A stretch of DNA of 64,000 bases. Origin: Minutocellus sp. GHC0000111. Its lineage: Eukaryota. Positions 23,121 through 33,674 of the stretch are shown piece after piece. Location of the stretch: positions 1,054,001-1,118,000 of the forward strand of contig OZ361260.1 of the NCBI GenBank assembly GCA_977018835.1, written 5' to 3'. Position 1 is the stretch's first letter; every line of letters starts with the position of its first letter. The notes under the pieces were generated by a model, which ran no database searches, was not told where the DNA came from, and was given only the letters and a program-made list of their open reading frames with translations. A program made the translations under genes and the position numbers.

Positions 23121-23315
23121 TCTTGAGGGGCAGGGTGATGATGGTGATGAGATGGAGCTTGGCAACGAGGTGCTTTGCTCTTATTTTGAAAAATAGCGCT
23201 CCGACGATGTTTTTTTTTTTGAAATGCAGCCGAATCGACGAGCTTCTGATAATCACTTTTTCAAACTGCTCAGAGTCGATCTACTACAATCGTACAAGCT
23301 CTACCTCGTCCGAAG

Positions 23316-26300
23316 ATGAGCGACCGTACTCTCAACGATTTAGCAAAGGAGCAAGAGACTGCCGCAGGGCGTGCTGCTGCTAAGGACCGTTACATGCAGG
23401 AGCAGGGGGAGGCGCTGGAGGATGAGCTGAACAATCTCCGCAAGGAGGACGTACAGTGGACCAAGAGCCCTGAGTGCCAGAAAGAAGTCGAGAAGGTTCG
23501 GGTGAGTCTTTTCTCTTCTCTGCCCCTGAGCCCCTGTCTCTGCAATACTATTATTGTTCATTTGCCCATAGACATCCTAACATAGTATCTTACTTCCTTG
23601 TTGCCATTCCATTTGCTACTGTACGTATTATTTTCGAACAGAATTACTTGGCACATTTGGACATGTATTTGTCCAGACGATACCAAACCAAGCCTTCTAC
23701 CACCAAGGCCGCTACGCCTACAGTTGATCCTGATGCCGAAATCGAGATCAAACCTCCTTCATCACCCCGTGTGAACGTTGTCGAGGCTCCATTCGTCGAG
23801 GCTCCACCCAATGAGACTCCTGTCGTCGAGACTTTCCCCTGCATGGACGTCGAGGCCCCATCGGTCGTAACCCCATCTCCCGCCGAGGCTCCTATCCTCA
23901 ACATTGACATTGAGGCTCCTGCCCATTCCCTCTCTGAGGTCGGTGTCGGGGAGGGCCGCGTTGAAGTCGAGACCTTTACCGACGCCGACAAAACCCACCA
24001 ATTCGCTCCTTGTTCCACTCCATCCTCTTCATCTGATGATTCCGGCTTCTCGATTGCCCCCCTCGTGGTCTCTGAAAATCTTCCTCTCGCCAAGGCCGAA
24101 GTCCCTCCTGTACCCACTGCCGCAGTGCAGCTTGGCTCTGACGATACTTCATTGGAACCTCCCTCTACCCACGTCATGGTCGATATCGAGGCTCCTATCG
24201 TCGAACCCACACCTCCTTCACCAGCCGCATCCTCTTTGTCGGCTGCTTGCATTTTGATTGCCTCCCATCATCATCAGGAGGAGGGCGACGTCGATGAATC
24301 AAATCCCTGCATCGTGTGCCATGCTTCCGTCCAGTCCAACATGGTCTATGATTGCTGCTCCTCGATGACCCTTTGTAGCGAGCAATGCCATCACATGGCC
24401 CATCAATGCCACGGCATGTCGGTCAGAAACGGTTGGGACTGCGACTCTATTGACTGGGCCCAGTACGTCGAGCCCAAGCCGCATTCAGCTGCCCTATCAG
24501 CTATCGTATCGGCTATGTCCCTCTGTCTTGGCTTCATCCTTCTTGCGACCGCCATTTTACCCCAGGAGGAGGTATCTACCACGCCGGTGCCACCTGGGCA
24601 GGACCCTTCGAGCCGAGATCTTTCTACCATTACCGCCGAGGACTCGTCCCTTGACGACAACCATGGCGCCCTGTACCAAGCCATGGCCCTCGTTGGTGTT
24701 GGCGTTGGTGTTGGTGTTGGTGTTGGCATCACTTGGAAGAATTATGTCTTGAGGCGGGTTGGCTACAACCTACAGAGTGGGCCCGAAGGATACCGCGCTG
24801 CAGTCGCTTTTGATGGCAGCAACATGCTGGCCCGTGGTAGAGGGTGCATGAGTGGGGGGCAGCGTCCCGTCGTAGGGCGAAACACCCCAAATTACCGCGG
24901 TGAGGCTTCCATGTGGTACGAGCGTCAGATAGTCTTCTTTGCATCAGAAGCAGACCGGGAGGGGATCGACTCATCCGATCTCAAGCCTTCTCATTCTTTC
25001 ATCACTGATTCCTTCAATAGACTCCAACAAGATGTTCCCGGTATCTCGATTGTCTACAACGTTGGTGGACAGTTCTACAAGTGTAGGGATGCGGCACTGA
25101 AGAGGCAGATAGTCGTTGACATCAAGCTAATTCGTGGCGATACGAGTCATGCTATTCGAACACACCTTGTTCCTGGAGCGGCTGGGACTCCTACTCCAGA
25201 CGTCAATAGCATCGTCTGCCTCGGCCTCGGTGCTGCAACTAGGACTCAATTTTATGGCGATGCTGGGAAGCAATATCAATTCCTGTGCCGCGAGAAGGCC
25301 GGCAACCTGGTTCGCCTCATGCTTGCAGCCAATGGCGATCCAGTACGTGATACTGTCAGCATCCCAACGGAGGCCGTGGAAGACGTCCTTGCTGTGTTAG
25401 AGTCGAACGACATTGGCATTGCGTGGAGGGACGAGGGCGCAGCTAACTTCTTTCCGCTTACCGATGACGGAAAGCGTGTCGCGATTCGCAGTCGCATTGT
25501 TTCTCAGACCAGCAGCATTACGAGCTCTAGGCTGGAGACCTACCGTTCCCCAGATGGATATCCCGATCCTGCCGCGGATATTGCGAGGCCCATTATTATG
25601 GCCTATCGCCGACGCGAAAACGCTGGGCAGAACCAGACAACTGTTGTTGTGCGAACCAACTTTTTCTCCGACGAGCCCTGTTGCAAGGGTGATGCGTGCA
25701 AGGGTTCCGGTTTTCTGACCTACAGAATGAACAACAAAATCCGAGCTCATGTTAACCCCCACAACAGCGCCGAGAGAATGTGCGTGTGGTGCTACGAAGC
25801 GCAGGAATGCCATCACAATGTGGTGTTCTTCAATTGCAAGCATAGCGAGTGCAACCCTACCCGTTGTACTAAGCATCAAAAGCCGAGCGATTGCTGCATG
25901 GAGTGCCGTCCTGCCCTTACCATTACAGCTCGTCGCAGACGACGCCGTAGAACCCTGTACAACGCACGCGTTGCCAGCGGAGTCATTACTGAGCAGAATG
26001 CACAGAACCTACTCCACGTGAGTGTTGCCCAGATCGAGGCTGAACTGGGATCAAGTGCTGAGCACTGGAGCAATCATCTTCTTGCAACTTTCAATGACAG
26101 GTACGGCACGTCCTTTGAAAGCCTCGGTGACATCGAACGAGCTGGCATCGATGTCCACATTGATGAGATTGTTGGTTGCTGCAACTGGGGATTCGACGAA
26201 CTTCGATACTGTTTCCATTGGAGAAATAGTCAGCTACTCAAAGCGGATGACAATCGGCGCAAAACCAAATATGTCAGCCCCCAGGAGAAACAAGCAAAGA

Positions 26301-26347
26301 AGGTCGAGATCGACAGGATTTTCCTCGCTGAAGAACTTTCCGACTAA
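23316..26347 (+). CDS. ~960-aa mosaic protein (P/E-rich repeats, Cys cluster, hydrophobic segments) with C-terminal Cys/His knuckles and an NCLDV-type HNH/EndoVII-like domain; predicted intron 23502-23641
   Basis: GTGAGT donor at 23502 and in-frame CAG acceptor at 23641. C-terminal CKHSEC..CTKH..CCMECRP, then LGSSAEHWSNHL..TF..VHIDEIVGCCNW..RYCFHWRNSQLLKADDNRRK. Confidence 0.7.
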
Positions 26348-26963
26348 AGTGCGCAGCAGGTAGATAGCGCCGAAAACTAAAAGACGAAGACTTAGATCAC
26401 TTTTTGACTACTGTAGTACAAACGCTAGCTACAGACGCTGCTCTCATATTTTTAGCTGACTATCTACACCATCCTTCCAACAACTCTGGGCGTTAAGGAT
26501 CCAAACAAAATTGTCTAAAAAAAAAAAAGAGGCATGACATATTTATGACATCATCATCTAAACCCCAAAAAATTACATATTTTAAAAATTTGCGACAAAT
26601 TTACTACATTTCCGCAACCCACCTCTCAACGAAATAGATGCCATATTGCTTAAGAGGGTTGGTTCCCCAAAGTAATATCCCCCCAATACGAAGGTTTACC
26701 TGAAAAAGCCCTACTTTTTTTCCACACGTAAAAAATGGCATATTTTTTACCTTACATTCAAAAATATATATTTTTTCTATCAAAACATCTAAACTTTGTG
26801 CTTCATGTATAAGATATATCTGGCGGAAGAGCCTGCGACAATCGATGATTAGCATTATACACAATTTATTTGGCGGAGGAGCTATCCGACTAAATTTAAA
26901 TTTAATTTTCAACTTATTTTGATCCAGGCATTTTGAAACCCAACATAACAAATCAATCTCACG

Positions 26964-28946
26964 ATGGATATTACTGCAATCACCACCGGCCTCGACGCCA
27001 TGACTCTTGAGAGCTGTGCCTCATGTGGCGAATCCAGCACAGCCCTGAAGAAATGTGCTTCTTGCAAGTGCGTCTGGTATTGTAATGTCGAGTGCCAGAA
27101 GGCCCATCGAAAGGCCCATAAGAAGGTATGCAGGCGCATCGGGAGGGAACTCAGGCTTTTTGCCGACCCACCTCCGCGTGAAGAATGTGCAATCTGCATG
27201 GTTCCCCTTCCTCTTTCACCACGCATGATTACTTTAGCGGGGTGCTGTGGGGCGCTGATCTGTTCCGGATGTGAAAGATCCCATTCGACTTGCGTGAGAG
27301 AGACAGGCCGCGATGCCACCTGCCCTTATTGCCTGAGAGCGACGAAGAAATTCTTTCGCAGTATCGTGCTAGAGCTGAGAAGAATGATCCCCGCGCAATT
27401 TGGAATCTTGCGACTTGTTACAAGGAAGGAAATTTTGGCTGCCCTGTCGACTTTGGCAAGGCGCTCGAGCTGTACGAGAGGGGCGTAGACCTATCCAGTG
27501 CCGATGCATGCTACGACCTGGGATCCTTTTACTGGGACGGCGATCACGGACTTCCCCAGGACGATGAAAAGGCAAGAATGTACTTCAAAAAAGCCGCCAT
27601 CGCCGGAGATTCCTATGCTCGATCAAATCTTGGCACCCTTGAGTGGCACCACGGCAACTTCTCCTTAGCTATCCGTCATTGGCGCATTGCTGCTGCGGCC
27701 GGAATGAAATCGGTGGTGGTGGTGTCGTCCCGCTCTTCTCGATCCAACGGATTTTTGCAGCTTCGACCAGATCTGCTACTTGACGTCTCAGCTTCATTAG
27801 CTTGATCTTGGACGAGGCATCACCAATTTGATAGAACTTCTTCGTGGCTCTTTTCTTCTCCTCTATTGCTGGTAGAAGTACTTCGGCGCTTAGCTCGAAC
27901 CAGCGCGGCGACGATTTGCGTTTATCACGAGATAGTACTTTGGCTCCTGCTGCATTCCACCTGTCCATCATGCTCTGAAGGTCGGTGGGGTCAAAATCGG
28001 TGGTTGGGTCGTTAATGATGGCTTCCAGCTCGACAATCAGCTGCGATCGAAGCACTGGATCTTTTTGGATGCGTGGGAAGTCAGCCTCTGGCGGCTTCTC
28101 CTCCCGTTCCTGCCTCTTCTTCTCCCTTTCCCATCTTATCCTCGGTAGGTCCTTAGGCAATAGCTTGGCTTCACTCCGGAGGTGCATGCATACACCTAGA
28201 TGGTCGGTGCTGGCTGCCGGGGCATATCTTCCTTGCCTTTCTGCTCTGTACAAGTATTTCCGTGGGATGACGATGTGATCAATGAAGTGGCCGGTCATCT
28301 TGGGAGATCTCCAAGTGCAAAAATATCCTTGGGCCCACATGAGTGCCGAACATAGTTTGTGCTTGGCCATGAACGAGGTGAAGAGAGTGCCATTGCGATT
28401 TGTCGGCCGGTCTAGTCCATATGGACCAATTGGGCTCTCTCTTAGAGCGTCGCTGCCCTCTTCTTCTTCGTCCTCGGCCTTGCTGATTCCCACTGACCCA
28501 TTGATATCGGCGCCGATGATTGGGATGCGGCCCTCTTGCTTGCACCCATCGAGGACCTTCTTTTCAAGCTCTTCCAGTACTTCCTCGTGTTGCTCTGCTG
28601 AACATGATGATGTGGGCATATATAACGATGTGACCCGGTATTGTAGTATCCTCCCTCTCGAGTCCTTCCAATTTAGATCCAGCGACATGTAACGAGCGGT
28701 TCCTGATAATAAACCTGATCCGATAGGCTCGGTGGTGGAGGAATGAAATCGTGCGTCAACAAACTCGATGAATGTTTTCAAATGGGTCTGATCAGTAAGA
28801 GCGAGCTCGAGGAGTCAAGACGAGCATGGAACGAGGCCTCCAAGGACATGTGGAGCGAGGACAGAGATTCATTTGTTGAGGACGAGATAAAGCGTGGCGA
28901 AATCAGCAAAGACGTTGAGTACGTTGTGGGGATTGGCGCAGACTGA
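26964..28946 (+). pseudogene. MYND zinc finger + RING + Sel1-repeat gene, frameshifted (~27335) and interrupted by a LINE fragment
   Basis: CASC..LKKCASCKCVWYCNVECQKAH..HKKVC; ECAIC..CCG..IC..C..CPYC; Sel1 repeats. The frame resumes after the insert at GMKS|CVNKLDECFQMGLISK. Confidence 0.88.
27713..28739 (-). mobile_element. Non-LTR retrotransposon fragment (APE/EEP endonuclease plus linker) with 12-bp TSD
   Basis: SLYMPT, IIGADINGSVG, GPYG..NRNG, TW..IDHI, STDH motifs; GGAATGAAATCG at 27701-27712 and 28740-28751. Confidence 0.88.
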
Positions 28947-29019
28947 GACAACAAGAGCAGCACGCTGTTATTCTATAACTCTGGTTCTATTATGAATCTG
29001 CTTTTATTTATATATCATC

Positions 29020-32000
29020 TTACACCATCCTCGAGAAATGCCGCAAGAGGCACAGAGTGTTTTGCATCTTGCCTCTCAGCTGATCATCGGCCTCTCGCTG
29101 GGCAGTGCGGAGCTTGGATATTGCGTCAAGCAAATCGGCTCTGCTTTGCGCGATTTCCTCGCTTTGTCCCGCTTCGTGCATCACACCTCGATTCTGAGAC
29201 TCGTCTTCAATGTTGGCAATGACTGCCAGGTGGATCGTCAAGAACCGATGAAGGTAGGCGTTGACAGCCTCGTAGTTTTGGCGTGATTCGATACATTCCA
29301 GTAGCCAAAGCGATGCGAGATAAAGTAGAACCAAACCATCGTCGAGGTCGTGCATGCCTTGGCAGAGCGTCGAGAGGGCGACATCGATTGCCGATGGGCC
29401 AAGAGTAGTCACATATCGTGTGACCTCGGCAAACATTGGCTCGGCAGAAGACGACGAGCCATTCTCATGGCATTGAACAAGAAGTGTGGCAAAGTGAGAT
29501 CGGTGGTGGGTCATTTTGCGTCGTTTACCCTCTTGCGCCATCTTTCCTTCTCCCCACGTAGTAATCCTCGAAGCAGGGGCCTCGGTTTGAGTCGATTCCT
29601 GTTTGTTCTCCTTCGTCTTCTTCGAGATCTTTGCACTTGCTTCGTCGCCGGCGGTGGCGTCTTCCATATTTTCATCCTCCTCATTGTCTGACCACACCGC
29701 ATCCCATCCCTCCAAATCTTTGTCGCCGTCCTTTGCCGCAGCAGAGTCGGCACCAGGAACGTCGCCATTGGGATTTCCGAGAATGCTCTCGCCGGCTCGA
29801 TATTGCAGGAAGAAAGGAGCCGATGGAGGCTTCTGAGGGGCTTCTTTTGGCTTATTGCGTTCTTTTACAAGCTCAAGGTGGAAGAGATTCTTCCAGTGAG
29901 CAGGTGGTAGGCCGCTAAGAGTGATAAGACCATTGTCCTTTGGCGACACGTCGGCTTGGTCTGTCTTATCACCGTCGTCTCCGTCGTCATTCTGGCCAGC
30001 ACTGATGTTGAAAGCAGCGGCGAAGTCGGCCTCGAGGCGCTCTTCTTCCGTTTGCTCGTCTTCGGCAAGAGGGACAGGATCGTCCATCTTTGCTGGTGCG
30101 GCAAGCGTACTGCCACCGTCCAGATGAACCGTTTGGAAGAAGCTTCGGTCGCACCAGAGGCCTAGGCCGACCTTGTTGAGATGAGTAGTTGCCATGTACT
30201 CTCCGGTAGGACTGAGAGTGACAGAGGTCGGCGCGGTCGAGAACCGCATCCAGTCGACACAAGTTGCTGTTGGAACGTCCCATACTCGAATGGTATTGTC
30301 CAAACTCGCGGTGAGAAGACGACGGCCGCTCGGGTTGAAGGAAAGATCAGTGATGGGCCCGGTATGGCGGGGTGGCGAGGGACCAATCGATGGCAAAGGA
30401 GAAGACATGGGCAAGCCAAAGCGTCTCACAACCTTCAATGCCTCACAATCAAAGACCAAGATGGAGTAGTCTTCCAGGGCAATAGCGGCCAGGTCCGAAT
30501 CGCGGACATGACGCAGCTTGGTGGCGGGGCTAGGCAGATAGATGGGACTCTTTCGGTGCGGGGCCTGTGTTGCGAAGGACCACAGGATGAGCTTGGAATC
30601 GGCGCCGACGCTGATGAGAGTTTTGTTCAACGAGTCGACAGCTAGTCCAGTGACGGCAGCGTTATCGTGGCGAGCCAACTGAAGTCGAGCCTTTCGCCTC
30701 TCTTCAATCTTGGACTTGGCGAGCTTCTCTTCGTTGTCCTCGTCATCATCGAGCGCTGCGATGCCGTCGACCGTCATCTTCTTCTCGAGCATGCGCATGG
30801 TACGATCGAGGCTTCCAGCTTCGCCACTACCTGTGCCCTTCTTCTTATTTTCGTTGGCAGTAGCATCGCGAGGGTAGCTGCCTCGTGCTATGCCAGACTG
30901 CATGTTGTATCGGTATATGACTCCGCCCTTGGTACCGACGAGAGCAAAGTTACCGCAGCTCGAAATGCAAACAGAAGTGGCGTGGCAGCGGACCGGTGGC
31001 GGCACCTTCATGGCACTCACGTTCCAATGGGCCTGCCTCAGCACAGGGCCGGATTGGGCACCTCGGCGAGTGGACCAAACGTATGCCATGGCATGATCTC
31101 GATGAATGGTGACGAGGTCACCCCAATCACGGCTACGCGCCTCAGACGTTGTCAAGCCAATGATTTCAGGTAGAAGCAGTTCCGTCCGATCTTCCAAGCC
31201 AAGCTCTCTAGCGCGCTTGGTCAGCCCCTTGCCCTGAGAGTATTCCTTGTCCAGCACCGACCGTGCTGTGCTGAAGACTCGTAGCGTCCGATCACGGTTG
31301 CCACCGGCACTCAGAATCTGGCAGCTGGACGCATCGGTGCCGTCAGCTGCGTTGGCTAGGATGCCACCGCCCATGCTTCCAGGATGAAGATACCGGATCA
31401 GACCAGGGGGTGCCGAATGGCCGACTCGAGATCGGAGAGTCCGGCCGGAATGATCCGGAGAATCAAAGATGGACATCACCAAGGAGTTGGACTTGCTTCC
31501 TGACGAAAGAAGCAACGGTTCGTTGGGAAGATACGTAAGATGCGACACTCCACCGGGATGCAGCTGCTCGAGAGTGGTAAGCAGAGTTCTCTGGGCGCTG
31601 CCTGGATTCTTCTTTCCGACAACATCCTCATCGTCGTCGTCTCTTGGAGTCAGATCCCAAACACTGACATCGCCATCCTCTCGACCTACAGCCAATGGAG
31701 CAATGCCCTGCCGAAGGGCACCGGCATCGGTCCGAAAGCTCAGGGCTGTAACCTTGACGGGCACCGACCCACCCTTGGTCCGACGGGTGTGGTTCAACGT
31801 AAAGAGCTTGACGTCATGACGAAGATTGATCAGATGAGCCTGTCCTCGGGACGTGCCGACGGCGACGGTATCGACCGCCGGCGACTGTTCCATGACGGTC
31901 ACGACCTCGCCGGGTTGGGTGCATTTCAGCAGACATTTGAAGTCGTGTACGACCTTGCCGCTGCGGATGTTGAGGAGGGCCATATTGGCCTTGCCCGATG

Positions 32001-33279
32001 CGCTGTCGACGCCTGATACCACAACCTTGTTGACGTAGGTCGATGGATGGATGCCAAAGGTGGGGACAAATGTGGGTAAAGTTGAAAGTGCGATGCGATT
32101 CTTGATTTGGAGACCGGACCGGGTGGCCAGGACGAGGATGATTTCACCGCGATGATTGCCACCTTCGTCGTCATCGTCCTCCTCGTCGGAGGAGCTATCT
32201 TCGTCACTGCTGGAGTCGGCACCATCATCAGCATCACTTTCCTCGGCATCGCTATCGACGTCGTCACCGACAATCTCCACCCCATCCTGGCCAACCTTGC
32301 GCTTGTCGTTATTATTTTCTTCAACATCCTCCTCGACATCCGTATCCTTGGAGCAAATCAATGCCACCAGCAATGCATTCTCCTTGGACCCCTCCTTCTC
32401 CTCATTGATTCTGCCGGCATCGACCTTGACCTTGCCCAGCTGAATGACATCGCTGATGCCCCACCCAGCCCGGACCTTGGACTTGCCATACACGGCCAGA
32501 GATCGGATAGCTTTTGTGCGATTGTACAATGTTACAGACGATGGTCGGGATCGCTTGGGACCGTGGACGCACAGGGTCACCTGGAGGGAGGCGTCGGAGA
32601 TGACGTGCGCCATGACCTCGGGAGTGCCACTCTTGCTCTTACCCCCACTGCCACTAATACCTGTAGCCTTTGCACCACCCGACTTGGGCAGCCCCTCCCC
32701 GACCATGACGCACCGCAGCCCATCGCCCTTGTAGACATGGAATCGATCTCCGAGGGGGACGGTGATGAAGGAGGTTTCACTGCTGGCACCGTGATTCTGC
32801 AGATGGAAGCGATGGCGGGAAGTGATCAACCCCAACGTGTGGAAGGGATAGTACAGCTTGGATCCATCGCCGGAGGGATGACCGTATGTATTGGACAATA
32901 TGGTATTATTGGTGGGGGAGGGTCCTGCCGTCGATTTCGTCTCCTTGGCAGCGGCACCATCAGCCGAATAATCATCATCGTCGTCATCACTGTCCTCTTC
33001 ATCGGATGAGGAAGATTCGGAAGATTCCGACGACGACGAAGTCACCTCGGCGGCCTCGTCCATCTGCGCATCCTCCTCTTCCTCAATCTTTTCAATTTCC
33101 TTCACCTCCTCAACTTCTTCCTTGCTGGGCGGCGTCTGCTCGGCGCTGGCGCCGCTCATCGAGCGAGTCCGACGAGTTCTTCCGGCACTTGCCTTTGAAG
33201 GTGTCTTCGACGCCGCCATAGATACATTGGCAGTGGGCTTGGCAGGAGTGCCGCCCCGACGTCTGGTCCGGACCGTCAT
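29020..33279 (-). CDS. UTP21: U3 snoRNA-associated protein 21 / WDR36
   Basis: WD40 repeats, QSPAVDTVAVG, SFRTD, GHSAPP, RDWGD, LSGLP..W..L..LELVKERNKPKEAPQKPPSAPFFL, LGPSAIDV. Intact 1419-aa ORF. Confidence 0.93.
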   Translation of the reverse strand: MTVRTRRRGGTPAKPTANVSMAASKTPSKASAGRTRRTRSMSGASAEQTPPSKEEVEEVKEIEKIEEEEDAQMDEAAEVTSSSSESSESSSSDEEDSDDDDDDYSADGAAAKETKSTAGPSPTNNTILSNTYGHPSGDGSKLYYPFHTLGLITSRHRFHLQNHGASSETSFITVPLGDRFHVYKGDGLRCVMVGEGLPKSGGAKATGISGSGGKSKSGTPEVMAHVISDASLQVTLCVHGPKRSRPSSVTLYNRTKAIRSLAVYGKSKVRAGWGISDVIQLGKVKVDAGRINEEKEGSKENALLVALICSKDTDVEEDVEENNNDKRKVGQDGVEIVGDDVDSDAEESDADDGADSSSDEDSSSDEEDDDDEGGNHRGEIILVLATRSGLQIKNRIALSTLPTFVPTFGIHPSTYVNKVVVSGVDSASGKANMALLNIRSGKVVHDFKCLLKCTQPGEVVTVMEQSPAVDTVAVGTSRGQAHLINLRHDVKLFTLNHTRRTKGGSVPVKVTALSFRTDAGALRQGIAPLAVGREDGDVSVWDLTPRDDDDEDVVGKKNPGSAQRTLLTTLEQLHPGGVSHLTYLPNEPLLLSSGSKSNSLVMSIFDSPDHSGRTLRSRVGHSAPPGLIRYLHPGSMGGGILANAADGTDASSCQILSAGGNRDRTLRVFSTARSVLDKEYSQGKGLTKRARELGLEDRTELLLPEIIGLTTSEARSRDWGDLVTIHRDHAMAYVWSTRRGAQSGPVLRQAHWNVSAMKVPPPVRCHATSVCISSCGNFALVGTKGGVIYRYNMQSGIARGSYPRDATANENKKKGTGSGEAGSLDRTMRMLEKKMTVDGIAALDDDEDNEEKLAKSKIEERRKARLQLARHDNAAVTGLAVDSLNKTLISVGADSKLILWSFATQAPHRKSPIYLPSPATKLRHVRDSDLAAIALEDYSILVFDCEALKVVRRFGLPMSSPLPSIGPSPPRHTGPITDLSFNPSGRRLLTASLDNTIRVWDVPTATCVDWMRFSTAPTSVTLSPTGEYMATTHLNKVGLGLWCDRSFFQTVHLDGGSTLAAPAKMDDPVPLAEDEQTEEERLEADFAAAFNISAGQNDDGDDGDKTDQADVSPKDNGLITLSGLPPAHWKNLFHLELVKERNKPKEAPQKPPSAPFFLQYRAGESILGNPNGDVPGADSAAAKDGDKDLEGWDAVWSDNEEDENMEDATAGDEASAKISKKTKENKQESTQTEAPASRITTWGEGKMAQEGKRRKMTHHRSHFATLLVQCHENGSSSSAEPMFAEVTRYVTTLGPSAIDVALSTLCQGMHDLDDGLVLLYLASLWLLECIESRQNYEAVNAYLHRFLTIHLAVIANIEDESQNRGVMHEAGQSEEIAQSRADLLDAISKLRTAQREADDQLRGKMQNTLCLLRHFSRMV

Positions 33280-33674
33280 GCTGGATTGCCTCTTGCTTCA
33301 GTTCGATACGTTCCTACTTTGCTTCAGAGCTCGTGATGTGCCGGAATTGAATAGCGTAGCACAAACTCGAGCACAAGGAGCCGATTCGATTGATGTGTAT
33401 GCAGCCAACTAGAGCTAGTCTTGAGCTTATGCAACCTGCTAAAAGAGGGATCGTATCCTGCTTTGGACTTGACCTCTCGTGAAGTCGTCTTGGGAGTTGG
33501 AAATGGCTCGGCTTGGCGGATTTTCAGTGGCGGAGAGAAAAGCTTTCGGTTCGATGCAGAAATGACGTGTCGAGAGGGTCTGGCCGTCGTCGAAAACTGC
33601 AAATCTGAAAACCACAAGCGATGTGAAAAGATACGGCTGTCGTGGATAACAGCCCAAGGCTGCCGCTGCTCTTC

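Larger units (their letters stand above)
19425..23440. repeat. Right arm of inverted duplication
   Basis: Reverse complement of 14334-18327, with a net 24-bp extra segment near 21310 and scattered SNPs. Confidence 0.95.
22610..26877. mobile_element. Putative integrated cassette (SWIM gene plus HNH-like gene) bounded by a 20-bp direct repeat from the glyoxalase 3' end
   Basis: TACACAATTTATTTGGCGGA at 22610-22629 and 26858-26877; CTGGGCGTTAAGGATCCAAA at 22586-22605 and 26486-26505. Confidence 0.6.

Noticed and set aside
27713..28740. The LINE insert begins GT and ends AG, suggesting an introner-like spliceable insertion
   Set aside because: Splicing 27713-28740 gives TCG GAA TGA (stop), and none of the nearby GT donors restores the frame.
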